Shown here one piece after another: positions 9,282 to 18,505 of a DNA stretch of 61,606 nucleotides. Under the pieces are notes generated by a model. That model saw only the letters and a list, made by a program, of their open reading frames with translations. It did not search any database and had not been told where the DNA came from. The translations under genes were made by a program, and so were the position numbers. This DNA comes from a bacterium (lineage in GTDB: Bacteria > Verrucomicrobiota > Lentisphaeria > Oligosphaerales > Oligosphaeraceae): contig CAVDSU010000001.1 of assembly GCA_963611685.1 (NCBI GenBank), positions 33,629 to 95,234 on the forward strand, given 5' to 3'. How positions within the stretch are numbered: position 1 is the first letter of the stretch; the number at the start of each line of letters is the position of its first letter.

Positions 9282-10061
9282 GTGGAACACGTCACCATCT
9301 ACAAAGAAAGCGAAATCGAGAAGATCCGCCTGGCCGCCCAGGCGGCCGCCCAGGTGCGCGATCGCCTCTGCGACGCCGTGCAGCCCGGCATGAGCACCCT
9401 GGACCTGGATAACCTGGCCGAGTGCTTCATCCGGGAAACCGGCGGAAAGAGCGGCTCGCTGCACTACCACGGCTACCCCGGACAGGTCTGCATCTCCCTC
9501 AACGACGAGGTGGTCCACGGCATCGGCCGCGCCGACCGCATCATCCAGTTCGGCGACCTGGTCAGCCTGGACGTGGTGGTGGAATTGGGCGGATACTACG
9601 GCGACACCGCACGCACCGTCTGCGCCGGCGGACAGCCCTCCCCCCTGGCCAAGAACCTGATGGACACCACCCAGGCCGCCCTCATGGCCGGCATCGAGGC
9701 CGCCGTGGAAGGCAACACCATCAACCACATCGGCGCCGCCGTCCAGAAGGTCGCCGAGGCGCAGGGCTTCTCCTGTGTCCGGGACATGGTGGGACACGGC
9801 TGCGGCAAGCACATGCACGAGTCCCCGGAGGTCCCCAACTTCAAGGTGCGCGGACGCACCCCGCGCCTGGAGGCCGGCATGGTCATCTGCATCGAGCCCA
9901 TGGTCAATGCCGGCGACTGGGAGATCGACATCGACGCGAAAGACCAGTGGACCTGCCGCACCAGCGACCACTCCCTCTCCGCACACTTCGAACACCAGAT
10001 CCTCATCACGAAGAAAAAACCCGAAATCCTTACCCTATGCCCAAAGAAACCGACTGCATAA
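9282..10061 (+). CDS. map: type I methionine aminopeptidase
   Basis: GTG start at 9282 with GGAGG 11 nt upstream. MetAP metal-ligand blocks present ([28 protein letters not shown]). Confidence 0.9.
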   Translation: MEHVTIYKESEIEKIRLAAQAAAQVRDRLCDAVQPGMSTLDLDNLAECFIRETGGKSGSLHYHGYPGQVCISLNDEVVHGIGRADRIIQFGDLVSLDVVVELGGYYGDTARTVCAGGQPSPLAKNLMDTTQAALMAGIEAAVEGNTINHIGAAVQKVAEAQGFSCVRDMVGHGCGKHMHESPEVPNFKVRGRTPRLEAGMVICIEPMVNAGDWEIDIDAKDQWTCRTSDHSLSAHFEHQILITKKKPEILTLCPKKPTA

Positions 10062-10261
10062 AGCTGGAAGGCGTCGTCGTCGAAGTCCTGCCCAACACCC
10101 GTTTCCGCGTCAAGCTCAACAACGGCGGCAGCGAAGTCATCGCGGGAATCTCCGGAAAGATGCGGAAGAACAACATCCGCATTCTGGAAGGCGACGCGGT
10201 CACGGTGGAGATCTCTCCCTACGACCTGAGCACCGGACGCATCTCCTACCGCAGAAAGTAG
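10037..10261 (+). CDS. infA: translation initiation factor IF-1
   Basis: Inside track ORF 9422..10261. ATG 10037 gives the 74-aa S1-fold protein [27 protein letters not shown]...ISYRRK. It overlaps the map 3' end by 25 nt. Confidence 0.9.
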   Translation: MPKETDCIKLEGVVVEVLPNTRFRVKLNNGGSEVIAGISGKMRKNNIRILEGDAVTVEISPYDLSTGRISYRRK

Positions 10262-10349
10262 CCTTCTGCCCCCCGTCGGACGCATCGCCCCCCGCAAGAG
10301 CATGCCCGAGAGGCGCCAGCGCCTCCCTCGCGTCTCCTGCGTAGGGCGT

Positions 10350-10377
10350 TTGCATTCAGGAAAAAAGGGCTTATAGT
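10350..10377 (+). promoter_or_regulatory. sigma70-like promoter candidate for the rpmJ-rpsM-rpsK-rpoA-rplQ unit
   Basis: TTGCAT (10350-10355), a 16-nt spacer, then TATAGT (10372-10377), about 190 nt upstream of rpmJ. This is a pattern match only. Confidence 0.4.
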
Positions 10378-10565
10378 ACACGAATTTCCCGCGCCCCTGT
10401 GCCCGGCCGGCGCTTCTTTCCGGCCGCCGGTCGAAGTATCGGCATGGGAGTGCACCTACAAAAAGGCCCCCCCGTCTGCGTTCCCGCGCATGTCGGAGGT
10501 CACAAGTCCGGAAGGATCAGGGCGGTTCTGCCGTCCACCATCCCAACCCAAAAGGAAACCAAACC

Positions 10566-10679
10566 ATGAAAGTCAGAGCCTCAGTGAAGCGGATGTGCAA
10601 CAATTGCCAGATTGTCAAGCGCGCCGGCGTCCTCCGGGTGATTTGCAAGAATCCCCGCCACAAGCAGCGCCAGGGCTAG
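10566..10679 (+). CDS. rpmJ: 50S ribosomal protein L36
   Basis: Not in the track (under 60 aa). Manual translation gives [37 protein letters not shown]-stop. Confidence 0.9.
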   Translation: MKVRASVKRMCNNCQIVKRAGVLRVICKNPRHKQRQG

Positions 10680-10760
10680 CCTCCCCGCAGGAGCCTCCCC
10701 CAACGCATTTCGCATTCTTCCCCTAACGACAACCGGCAAACCCACTAGGAAACCGATAAA

Positions 10761-11198
10761 ATGCCCAGAATCCTCGGTGTTGACATCCCGAACAACAAGC
10801 AGACGGTGATCTCCCTGCAGTACATCTATGGCATTGGCCCCGCCATCGCCAAGGCGATCTGCGAAAAAGCCAAGCTGGACCCCGTCCGGAAGGCCTCCGA
10901 GCTCTCCCAGGACGACATCGCCAATATCCTGAACATCCTCCACGAAGAGTACACCGTGGAAGGTGACCTGCGCCGCCAGGTGGCCAACAACATCCGCCGC
11001 CTGATCGCCATTGGCAGCTATCGTGGCACCCGCCACAAGAAGAATCTCCCCGCCCGTGGTCAGCGTACCCGCACCAACGCCCGTACCCGCAAGGGCTCCA
11101 AGAAGACCGTGGGAGCCATCCGCGACAGAACCGAGCGTAAGACCGCCGCTTCCGCCGCCGAGGCCAAGCAGGCCGCCGCTGCCACCAAGAAGAAGTAG
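10761..11198 (+). CDS. rpsM: 30S ribosomal protein S13
   Basis: MPRILGVDIPNNKQTVISLQYIYGIGPAIAKAIC... with a Lys/Ala-rich C-terminal tail. Confidence 0.95.
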   Translation: MPRILGVDIPNNKQTVISLQYIYGIGPAIAKAICEKAKLDPVRKASELSQDDIANILNILHEEYTVEGDLRRQVANNIRRLIAIGSYRGTRHKKNLPARGQRTRTNARTRKGSKKTVGAIRDRTERKTAASAAEAKQAAAATKKK

Positions 11199-11399
11199 GA
11201 GGCTCCCCCGGACGGCGGCAGCCGACGCCCCGAGCAATCGGATGGCGCCGCGTTTTTCCGCCGCCGGAGCGAACGGATTCCCGCGAGGCGTCTTGCCTAG
11301 CGCGTCGAATCCGCCAAAATCCCCCGAAAATCCAGAACCCAGCTTTCAACTTTAGAGAAAAAGGACGTCCGGAAAGGCCGTCCCAGGAGATTGCAAACA

Positions 11400-11891
11400 A
11401 TGGCAGAAGAGTCCAAGGAAACGAGCGTCGCCGCGCAGGCCGCGCCTGCCGCCCCCGCCTCCATCCCCACCGCAGAGCAGATTCTCGCGGATCCCAACGC
11501 CGTCACCGCCATTCAGAGCCGTCGTGCCAAGGGTGCACGTCAGGTGCTTTCCGGTGTGGTGCACGTGGATTCCACTTTCAACAACACCCGCGTGGTGATC
11601 ACCGACCCCCAGGGAAATGTCCTCTCCTGGTCCACCGGCGGCAAGCTCGGCTACAAGGGAAGCCGCAAGAGCACTTCCTACGTCGCGCAGGTCATCGCCG
11701 GTGACGCCGCGAAGAAGGCGATGCTGACCTACGGCCTGAAGGAGGTCGAGGTGGAAGTGAAGGGCCCCGGACAGGGCCGCGAGTCCGCCGTGCGTGGCAT
11801 CGCCCTCGCCGGCCTGGAGATCACCGTCCTGCGCGACGTGACTCCCCTCCCCCACAACGGTTGCCGCCCCCCCAAGAAGCGCCGCATCTAG
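11400..11891 (+). CDS. rpsK: 30S ribosomal protein S11
   Basis: Track ORF 11391..11891. ATG 11400 is preferred, with AGGAGA 9 nt upstream. Conserved core [30 protein letters not shown]...[13 protein letters not shown]. Confidence 0.95.
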   Translation: MAEESKETSVAAQAAPAAPASIPTAEQILADPNAVTAIQSRRAKGARQVLSGVVHVDSTFNNTRVVITDPQGNVLSWSTGGKLGYKGSRKSTSYVAQVIAGDAAKKAMLTYGLKEVEVEVKGPGQGRESAVRGIALAGLEITVLRDVTPLPHNGCRPPKKRRI

Positions 11892-12020
11892 CCGGTTGCT
11901 GCCGCCGGGCGTGCGGGGGGACGGATCAATTCGGAGGCCGTCCCCCGCAGTGCCCCACCAAAGGAATAGAGACTGCCGAGCAATCGGAGTAGTCATAAAC
12001 CAAAGGAGGATTTTTCCCAA

Positions 12021-13055
12021 ATGGCAGAACTGGAAAATTTTGAGATGCCCGAGACCCTGGTCATGGATGAGGCGACCGCGACGGATCGCTACGCCAAGTT
12101 CGTTACCGAGCCCTGGGAGAACGGCCTAGGACACACCCTGGGAAACTCCCTTCGCCGCGTGCTGCTGCACATGATGGAGGGCGTGGCCGTCAGCTGCATC
12201 CGCATTGACGGAGTCAGCCACGAGTTCACGGCGATTCCCGGCGTGATGGAGGACGTGATGGAGATCGTCCTGAACATCAAGAAGCTGAAGTTCCGTTGCG
12301 ACGGCTCTCTGCCCCGCACCCTGGAGCTGGTGGCTTCCAAGAAGGGTGCCGTGACGGGCGCTGACATCAAGGAGGACGGCGTGGCGGAGGTCCTGAACAA
12401 GGACCAGCACCTGTTCACCCTGGCGGGCGACCTGAAGGACAAGCCCATCCGCATCGAGCTGGACCTGGAGAAGGGCACCGGCTATCGTCCCAGCGAGCGC
12501 AACAAGAAAGACGAGCAGCCCCTGAATTCCATTCCCGTGGACTGCCTCTTCAATCCTGTGGAGAAGGTCCGCTACGACGTGCAGCCCAGCCGCGTTGGCG
12601 AGAACACCAACTACGACCGCCTGGAGATTGAGGTCACCACCGACGGACGCATTGCGCCGAAGGCCGCCGTGCAGCGTGCCGCCTCGATCCTTCGCCGTCA
12701 GCTGGAGGTCTTCGAGTTCGAGGGCAGCCAGAGTGCCAGCAGCCGTGGCGTGGTGCTCACCGACGACGAGAAGGCCCTTCTCTCCAAGCTTCTGGAGGAA
12801 GTGAAGGACCTCGGTCTTTCCGTCCGTTCCGAGAATTGCCTGAACCAGGAGAACATCCATTACCTGGGCGACCTGGTGACTCGGACGGAGAACCAGATGA
12901 TGAAGTGCCGCAACTTTGGCAAGAAGTCCCTTGAGGAGATCAAGGAGAAGCTTCAGGACAAAGGCCTTGCGCTTGAGATGACAATTGACAACAAAGTGGC
13001 AGAAGAGTTCGACCGGAGCAAGGTTGCCCTGCTGCAGAAGACTAACAAGGAGTAA
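12021..13055 (+). CDS. rpoA: DNA-directed RNA polymerase alpha subunit
   Basis: AAGGAGGA RBS. N-terminal domain (GHTLGNSLRRVLL) and C-terminal domain (LGLSVRSENCLNQENIHYLGDL). Confidence 0.95.
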   Translation: MAELENFEMPETLVMDEATATDRYAKFVTEPWENGLGHTLGNSLRRVLLHMMEGVAVSCIRIDGVSHEFTAIPGVMEDVMEIVLNIKKLKFRCDGSLPRTLELVASKKGAVTGADIKEDGVAEVLNKDQHLFTLAGDLKDKPIRIELDLEKGTGYRPSERNKKDEQPLNSIPVDCLFNPVEKVRYDVQPSRVGENTNYDRLEIEVTTDGRIAPKAAVQRAASILRRQLEVFEFEGSQSASSRGVVLTDDEKALLSKLLEEVKDLGLSVRSENCLNQENIHYLGDLVTRTENQMMKCRNFGKKSLEEIKEKLQDKGLALEMTIDNKVAEEFDRSKVALLQKTNKE

Positions 13056-13060
13056 CCCCA

Positions 13061-13501
13061 ATGAGACACCGCGTCGCAACCTTCAAGATCAACCGTAGCA
13101 GCGCCCATGTGCGGGCTCTGCTGGCCAATGCCGTCTGCAGCCTGATCGAGCACAACCAGATCAAGACCACGCTGGTGCGCGCCAAGCGCATCCGCCAGCT
13201 GGCCGAGCAGATGGTCACGTTGGGCAAGCGGGGCGACCTGCATGCCCGCCGCCTGGCCGTGGCGAAGCTCCACAACAACACCATCGTCAAGAAGCTCTTT
13301 GACGAAGTGGCTCCCAACTACAAGGAGCGCCAGGGTGGCTACACCCGCATCATCAAGATGGGCACCCGCATTGGTGACGCCACCGAGATGGCGCTGCTCT
13401 CCTTCGTGGAGACTGACGAGCAGGTGAAGGCCGCCAAGACTGCGCCCGCCGCCGAGGCCAAGGCCGAGGAGGCCGCGGCTCCCGCCGCCGAGGAGAAGTA
13501 G
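13061..13501 (+). CDS. rplQ: 50S ribosomal protein L17
   Basis: MRHRVATFKINRSSAHVRALLANAVCSLIEHNQIKTTLVRAKRIRQLAEQMVTLGK... Confidence 0.95.
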   Translation: MRHRVATFKINRSSAHVRALLANAVCSLIEHNQIKTTLVRAKRIRQLAEQMVTLGKRGDLHARRLAVAKLHNNTIVKKLFDEVAPNYKERQGGYTRIIKMGTRIGDATEMALLSFVETDEQVKAAKTAPAAEAKAEEAAAPAAEEK

Positions 13502-13520
13502 TCTAGCTTCTGCCGAGACA

Positions 13521-13557
13521 AGCCGGTTGCTCCCTCGGGGGCGCCGGCTCTTTTTTT
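13521..13557 (+). terminator. rho-independent terminator after rplQ (first of two)
   Basis: GC-rich imperfect hairpin AGCCGG..GCTCCC-TC-GGGGGC..CCGGCT followed by C + T7. Confidence 0.6.
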
Positions 13558-13565
13558 AGGCGGGA

Positions 13566-13586
13566 GGGCGCGAAGTGCGCCCTTTT
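13566..13586 (+). terminator. second hairpin/T-tract after rplQ
   Basis: GGGCGC-GAAGT-GCGCCC followed by TTTT. Confidence 0.5.
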
Positions 13587-13645
13587 CGTCCGAAGGAACC
13601 CCTTTTTTTTCGCCTTTCTTTTTTTTGACGGATCTGCAGACTGCA

Positions 13646-16564
13646 ATGTTCACCCTGACCGGCACCACCTCCTTTCCCTCGAGACGCCTCGTGGCAAAGC
13701 GCTATCGCCACGACTGCGGGCTGGAGGTCTTGAGCCTGGAGGCCAACGATCCGGAGAACCTCTTCTGCCTCTGCTTCTCCACGGACGCCGTGGACGACAC
13801 TGGCGCGGCCCATGTCGTGGAGCACTCGGTCCTGGAGGGCTCCGAGCGCTTTCCGGTGAAGGATCCCTTCGTCTGCCTCTTGAAGACCAGTGTGGCGACC
13901 TTCCTGAACGCCTGCACCTATTCCGACAGGACCCTCTATCCCTTCATCACCTGCTGTCCCCAGGACTATTTCAATCTGCTGGAGGTCTACTGGGACGCGG
14001 CCTTCCACCCGCTTCTGACCCGCCATGTCCTGGGTCAGGAGGGCTGGCACTACGAGATCTCCCGAGGCAAAAGAGGGAGCCGCCTCACCATCAACGGCAT
14101 AGTCCACAACGAGATGTCGGGATACTATTCCAGCCCGGCGACGGTGTTGGGGCGCATGCTGGAAAAGAGCCTCTTCCCCGACACTCCCCTTCGCTATGAC
14201 TCCGGCGGCGTGCCCGACAAGATCCCCGGCCTCACCTACGGGAAGTTCCTGGATTTCCACCACGGGCACTACCATCCCTCCGTGGCGAAGGTAGTCCTCT
14301 ACGGAAACATCCCCACCGAGGAAAAGCTCGCCGTATTGGAGAAGCACCTGGCGCACGACCTGGCCGTCCTGCCCCCGCCCCCCAAGCCGAAGGCGGCTGC
14401 CGCCCTCCGCACGGCGGCGCGTCCCACGAAGCCCATGGTGCGTCGCGGGCGCTTCGCCCCGGACGCCTCCTCCCACAAGAACGGCACGGGACTCGTCTCC
14501 GTGGCCTGGGCGCTCGACGACAAGCGCGACATGGATTTGGACTTGGGCTTCCAGCTCATGGAATCCGTGCTGTTGGGAAATGCGGCGGCGCCCCTCACCA
14601 AGGCGCTCATGGAATCCGGCATTGGCGCGGCGCCCCTCTCCAGCGGCTACGACAACGAGACCCGCTACACCAGCTTCTGCGTGGGAATGCGTGGCGTAAG
14701 GCCGAAGGACTTCGCCGCCTTTGAGCGTCTGGTGCTCGACACCCTCCGTTCCTGCGTAGAGAAGGGTCTCCCCCGCGACCAGGTAGAGGGCGTCATCACC
14801 GGCTTCCAGGCAAAAAACCAGAACATCACCGCCGACTATGTCTACGACACCCTCGAGGACGTGATGGCCGCCTGGCAATATGGCGAGGACCCCTTCCTCT
14901 TCTTGAGGCAGGCTGACGAGCTCCCGCATCTCCAGGAGCGCCTCAACGCCAATCCCCGCTACGTGGAGGACCTGATCCAGAAGTGGCTCCTGGACAATCC
15001 CCGCAGGGTGCGCCTGGAGCTGCGTCCCGACGACACCCTGAAAGAGCGCCAGGACAAAAAGCTGGCGGAGCGTCTTTCTGCGCGGCTTGCGGGGTGGTCC
15101 CCGGCGAAGCGCGCCAAGGCAGAGAAATTCCAGGAAGAGCTCAAGCAGAAGGCGTTGCAGGAGGACACCCCGGAGGCGCTGGCGACCATTCCCGAGTTGC
15201 GCCGCACCGACCTCCCCGAAAAGATCACGCCCTTCCTCTGCCAGGATGGCGTCCTCCCCAACGGAGCGCCCGTGCGCCGCAGCACCGACATCACCAATGG
15301 CCTCTCCACCCTCAAGTTCGCCCTGGACACCACCACCCTCCCCGCCGAACTGATCCCCTGGCTGAAAATCTACACGGCCTTGGCAAAGAGTCTGGGCACC
15401 GCACAGCACACCTACGACCAGGTCGCGGAGCGCTGGAATCTGCTGGGCGCCTCCTTCTTGCTCGACACCCACCTCTATACCCCAGACTGGGGCGAGCCCG
15501 TGCCCCATCAACTGCTCAACGTGAGCGTCCGCGCCCTGGACCGGCACTTCCCGAAGGCACTGGAAATCCTCCAGGAGCAACTTCTGGAGCCCTCCTTCTC
15601 CGAGCGCAAGCGCCTGAAGGAGCTCCTGCGCTCAATGGCGGAAAAGTTCTTCTCTATCCTCCTCGGCCGCGGAAACTTCATTCTGGCATACGCGCGGGCC
15701 GGCGAGGGACTCTCCGCCATCGGGAACTACAACAGCTGGACGAGGGGCCTAGGCACCTACGACCAAACCGCAAAGCTCGCCTGCGCCTCCGAAAAAGAGC
15801 TCGATGCCTTCTGCGAAAAGCTCTCCGCCATCGCCCGCTGGCTGGCAAGCGCCCCCCTCGTGGGCGCGGGAGTCTCCACGGAAGACGACGGCGCCTGGCA
15901 TGCCATCGGCGACTTCACCTCGCTCTGGAAAGGCGCCAATGGCGCAGGCGACGCGAGTGTCCTCTTCGCCGCGGCCCCCACGGGCTTGCCCAATGGCCGC
16001 CGCGAATACGGCGTGGTCCCCACGAAGGTGCACACCTGCGTGCGCGCCTTCCCCGCCCCCCATGCGACCCACCCGGATGCCATCCCGCTCACCCTGGGCG
16101 GAAACATCCTCTCCAGCGGATTCCTCTGGGACGAAATCCGCGCCAAGGGCGGCGCCTATGGCTGCACCCTGAAATACCGCTCCGACACCGGCATGGCATA
16201 CCTCCATGCCCACGACGACCCCAACTGCGCCAAGACCTACCAGACCTACGACCGCATTGCGGACTGCCTCCGCCAGAACCCCTTCACCCAACAGCAGGTG
16301 GATCACTCCATCCTCCAGTGCCTGGGCGCATACCTGACTCCCTACCGCCCCGCGGACGCCGCCTCGCAGTGCCTGGGCTCCCTCATGAAGGGCACCACCA
16401 ACCAGCGCCGGCAGGAGCAGTTTGACAAGACCCAGAAGACCACGGCCGCACAAGTCCAAGACGCCATCCTGCGGCTGCTGGAAGAATCCCCCCACAACGA
16501 CTGCGCCCTGGGCCCCGCGCCAATCCCCGAAGGCATGGGCACCCTGCGCATTCCCGGCACATAG
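13646..16564 (+). CDS. M16C-family (PreP-like) zinc metallopeptidase
   Basis: Track ORF 13625 (TTG)..16564. ATG 13646 is preferred. Inverted zinc motif HVVEH followed by SVLEGSERFPVKDPF. The ~970-aa four-domain length is typical of the family. Confidence 0.85.
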   Translation: MFTLTGTTSFPSRRLVAKRYRHDCGLEVLSLEANDPENLFCLCFSTDAVDDTGAAHVVEHSVLEGSERFPVKDPFVCLLKTSVATFLNACTYSDRTLYPFITCCPQDYFNLLEVYWDAAFHPLLTRHVLGQEGWHYEISRGKRGSRLTINGIVHNEMSGYYSSPATVLGRMLEKSLFPDTPLRYDSGGVPDKIPGLTYGKFLDFHHGHYHPSVAKVVLYGNIPTEEKLAVLEKHLAHDLAVLPPPPKPKAAAALRTAARPTKPMVRRGRFAPDASSHKNGTGLVSVAWALDDKRDMDLDLGFQLMESVLLGNAAAPLTKALMESGIGAAPLSSGYDNETRYTSFCVGMRGVRPKDFAAFERLVLDTLRSCVEKGLPRDQVEGVITGFQAKNQNITADYVYDTLEDVMAAWQYGEDPFLFLRQADELPHLQERLNANPRYVEDLIQKWLLDNPRRVRLELRPDDTLKERQDKKLAERLSARLAGWSPAKRAKAEKFQEELKQKALQEDTPEALATIPELRRTDLPEKITPFLCQDGVLPNGAPVRRSTDITNGLSTLKFALDTTTLPAELIPWLKIYTALAKSLGTAQHTYDQVAERWNLLGASFLLDTHLYTPDWGEPVPHQLLNVSVRALDRHFPKALEILQEQLLEPSFSERKRLKELLRSMAEKFFSILLGRGNFILAYARAGEGLSAIGNYNSWTRGLGTYDQTAKLACASEKELDAFCEKLSAIARWLASAPLVGAGVSTEDDGAWHAIGDFTSLWKGANGAGDASVLFAAAPTGLPNGRREYGVVPTKVHTCVRAFPAPHATHPDAIPLTLGGNILSSGFLWDEIRAKGGAYGCTLKYRSDTGMAYLHAHDDPNCAKTYQTYDRIADCLRQNPFTQQQVDHSILQCLGAYLTPYRPADAASQCLGSLMKGTTNQRRQEQFDKTQKTTAAQVQDAILRLLEESPHNDCALGPAPIPEGMGTLRIPGT

Positions 16565-16615
16565 CACACCCCTTTCTCTCTTCCACACTCCCCCTCTCCC
16601 CCCACAATCCTGACC

Positions 16616-17329
16616 ATGAAAGAAGACGTCATCTACTTCACCAGGAACTTCCTCTCCCCCTGCAGCCAGGCCGTCTGCAAGAGAATGGACGACATCCTCG
16701 TGCTCAATCCCGACGAGGACTGCACCGAGGCGCTCGCCAAGGCAAAGGCCGCCATCGTGGACGAAGACGACGAACGCCGCCAGGACACCATCAAGCTCCT
16801 GCTGAAGGCGAAGCTGCCCTTCGCCCTCTGCGGACTGGCCGGCGAGACCCCCGACTCCCTCAAGCGACTCTGGGCCGCCGCCAAGCGCCGGCACATCCAG
16901 GTCTGCTGGCTGGGCTCCTGGCGCTACGAATGGGCCATGGTCCGCCTCAAGGAAATCATCACCAGCGGCGTGCTGGGAAACCTCCAGCAGTTCCATCTCT
17001 CCAAGCCCGAGGGACAGGGCATCTTCGAACGACTCCGCGACCAGGACCTGCTCAACTGGCTCTCCGCCTACGGAAATGACGCCTCCAGCTCCTTCGAGGA
17101 ACTCCCCGACGCAAACTTCCGCTACCGACTCACCGCTACCGGCGCCCGCGGCTCCGCCACCGCCACCATCCTGGACGGCGAACGAAACGAATTCTCCGTC
17201 ACCCTCTGCGACGAACCCTCCCGACTGGAAACCCGCGTCTCCCGCCCCCTGGAAGCCGAGGTCGGATACCTCCTCTTCGCCATCCACTCCGGACGCCCCT
17301 GGACCATGCTGGGCAAGATTCCCAACTAG
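16616..17329 (+). CDS. hypothetical protein, degenerate Gfo/Idh/MocA-like (no GxGxxG)
   Basis: 237 aa with strong GC3 coding signal. The segment LLKAKLPFAL...KRLWAAAKRRHIQVCWLGSWRYEWAMVRLKEIITSGVLGNL resembles the EKP-to-dimerisation region of Gfo/Idh/MocA oxidoreductases. The N-terminus lacks a dinucleotide-binding glycine motif. No obvious SD. Confidence 0.6.
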   Translation: MKEDVIYFTRNFLSPCSQAVCKRMDDILVLNPDEDCTEALAKAKAAIVDEDDERRQDTIKLLLKAKLPFALCGLAGETPDSLKRLWAAAKRRHIQVCWLGSWRYEWAMVRLKEIITSGVLGNLQQFHLSKPEGQGIFERLRDQDLLNWLSAYGNDASSSFEELPDANFRYRLTATGARGSATATILDGERNEFSVTLCDEPSRLETRVSRPLEAEVGYLLFAIHSGRPWTMLGKIPN

Positions 17330-17463
17330 CCCCGGAAAACAACCGGACAATCCTGTGCAATTCCTCTGTTTCATAGCTTGAAAACGCAGGAAGGAGCACT
17401 AGATTAACAAACCTGCCGACAGGAACACTTTTTTTGTTGATAGCCAATTATAATTCCCCTAAC

Positions 17464-17910
17464 ATGAAAACCTTTCTCCCCAAGGAAAACGAAATCGAGC
17501 GCAAGTGGTGGATCGTAGATGCGGACCACCAGGTGCTCGGACGGATGGCCCGCCAGATCGCCATGATCCTCCGCGGAAAGCACAAGCCCATCTACACCCC
17601 CCACCTGGACACCGGCGACTACGTGGTGGTCACCAACGCCGCCAAGGTGGTCCTCACCGGACGCAAGTCCACGGACAAGGAGTACCAGGACTTCAGCGGC
17701 TGGGTGAGCGGCCTGAAGCGCACCAGCGCCGAGACGATGCGCGAGAAGCATCCCGAGGAGATCATCAAGCGTGCCGTGTGGGGCATGATGCCCGACGGCA
17801 AGCTCGGCCGTGACCAGTTCCGCAAGCTGAAGGTCTACGCCGGCGAGCTCCCCGAACACAAGTATGTGGCCCAGGGTGCTCAGCCCCTGACCCTGAAGAA
17901 CCAGTTTTAG
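17464..17910 (+). CDS. rplM: 50S ribosomal protein L13
   Basis: Track ORF 17434..17910 trimmed to ATG 17464. MKTFLPKENEIERKWWIVDADHQVLGRMARQIAMILRGKHKPIYTPH... Confidence 0.95.
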   Translation: MKTFLPKENEIERKWWIVDADHQVLGRMARQIAMILRGKHKPIYTPHLDTGDYVVVTNAAKVVLTGRKSTDKEYQDFSGWVSGLKRTSAETMREKHPEEIIKRAVWGMMPDGKLGRDQFRKLKVYAGELPEHKYVAQGAQPLTLKNQF

Positions 17911-17941
17911 TCTAAACAACTTTTGAGGACAGACGAGCATT

Positions 17942-18343
17942 ATGGCCCAAGACGCTAGCGAAGTGATTCTGACCGTCGGTCGCCGCAAGTGCGCCAGCGC
18001 GCGCGTTCGCATGACCCGCGGCACCGGCAAGATCACGGTGAACCGCCGTGACTTCAGCGAGTATTTCACCACCGAGTCCATCCGTGGATTCATCCAGCAG
18101 CCCCTGGTGCTGACCAGCAAGGCTGGCGAGTTCGACATCTACGCCACCGTCAATGGCGGCGGCGAGGTCGGTCAGGCTGGCGCCCTGCGCCACGGCATTG
18201 CCCGTGCGCTGGAGAAGTCGGAGGAGGCGTTGCGCGCTCCCCTGAAGAAGGCCGGCATGCTCACCCGTGACTCCCGCGAGAAGGAGCGTAAGAAGCCCGG
18301 TCAGCCCGGAGCCCGCAAGCGCTTCCAGTTCAGCAAGCGTTAG
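17942..18343 (+). CDS. rpsI: 30S ribosomal protein S9
   Basis: Ends ...LTRDSREKERKKPGQPGARKRFQFSKR, the canonical S9 C-terminus. Confidence 0.95.
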   Translation: MAQDASEVILTVGRRKCASARVRMTRGTGKITVNRRDFSEYFTTESIRGFIQQPLVLTSKAGEFDIYATVNGGGEVGQAGALRHGIARALEKSEEALRAPLKKAGMLTRDSREKERKKPGQPGARKRFQFSKR

Positions 18344-18404
18344 TCGGACGGAGGAGGCATCCGGGATTTCCGGGGTGCCCCTCTCTTTCTCGACGCCTTC
18401 CAAG

Positions 18405-18437
18405 AGACGGCCTCCCTTCCGGGTGGCCGTCTTTTTT
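18405..18437 (+). terminator. rho-independent terminator after rpsI
   Basis: AGACGGCC-N12-GGCCGTCT followed by TTTTTTGTTT. Confidence 0.65.
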
Positions 18438-18505
18438 GTTTCCGCGCATTTCCCCCCTTTGAACAGTTTTCCCCCTCCCCTTCCCCTTTCAAGGAGGCAG
18501 ATTTC

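Noticed and set aside
6596-10261. 5'-extended track ORFs for ispG (6596), adk (8298) and infA (9422); likewise dapA (to 46150), fabF (to 40230), the 56116 gene (to 57558) and DUF58 (to 52435)
   Set aside because: The extensions run through upstream genes, or through the tRNA in the DUF58 case, in other frames and are Arg/Pro-rich nonsense. Internal ATGs give canonical family N-termini, often with an SD.
10497-10530. SRP (4.5S) RNA-like GUCC-GGAA-GGA tetraloop hairpin
   Set aside because: Only the tetraloop and three closing pairs resemble SRP domain IV. The flanking symmetric and asymmetric loop sequences and the long closing helix are absent. It sits in the rpmJ leader.
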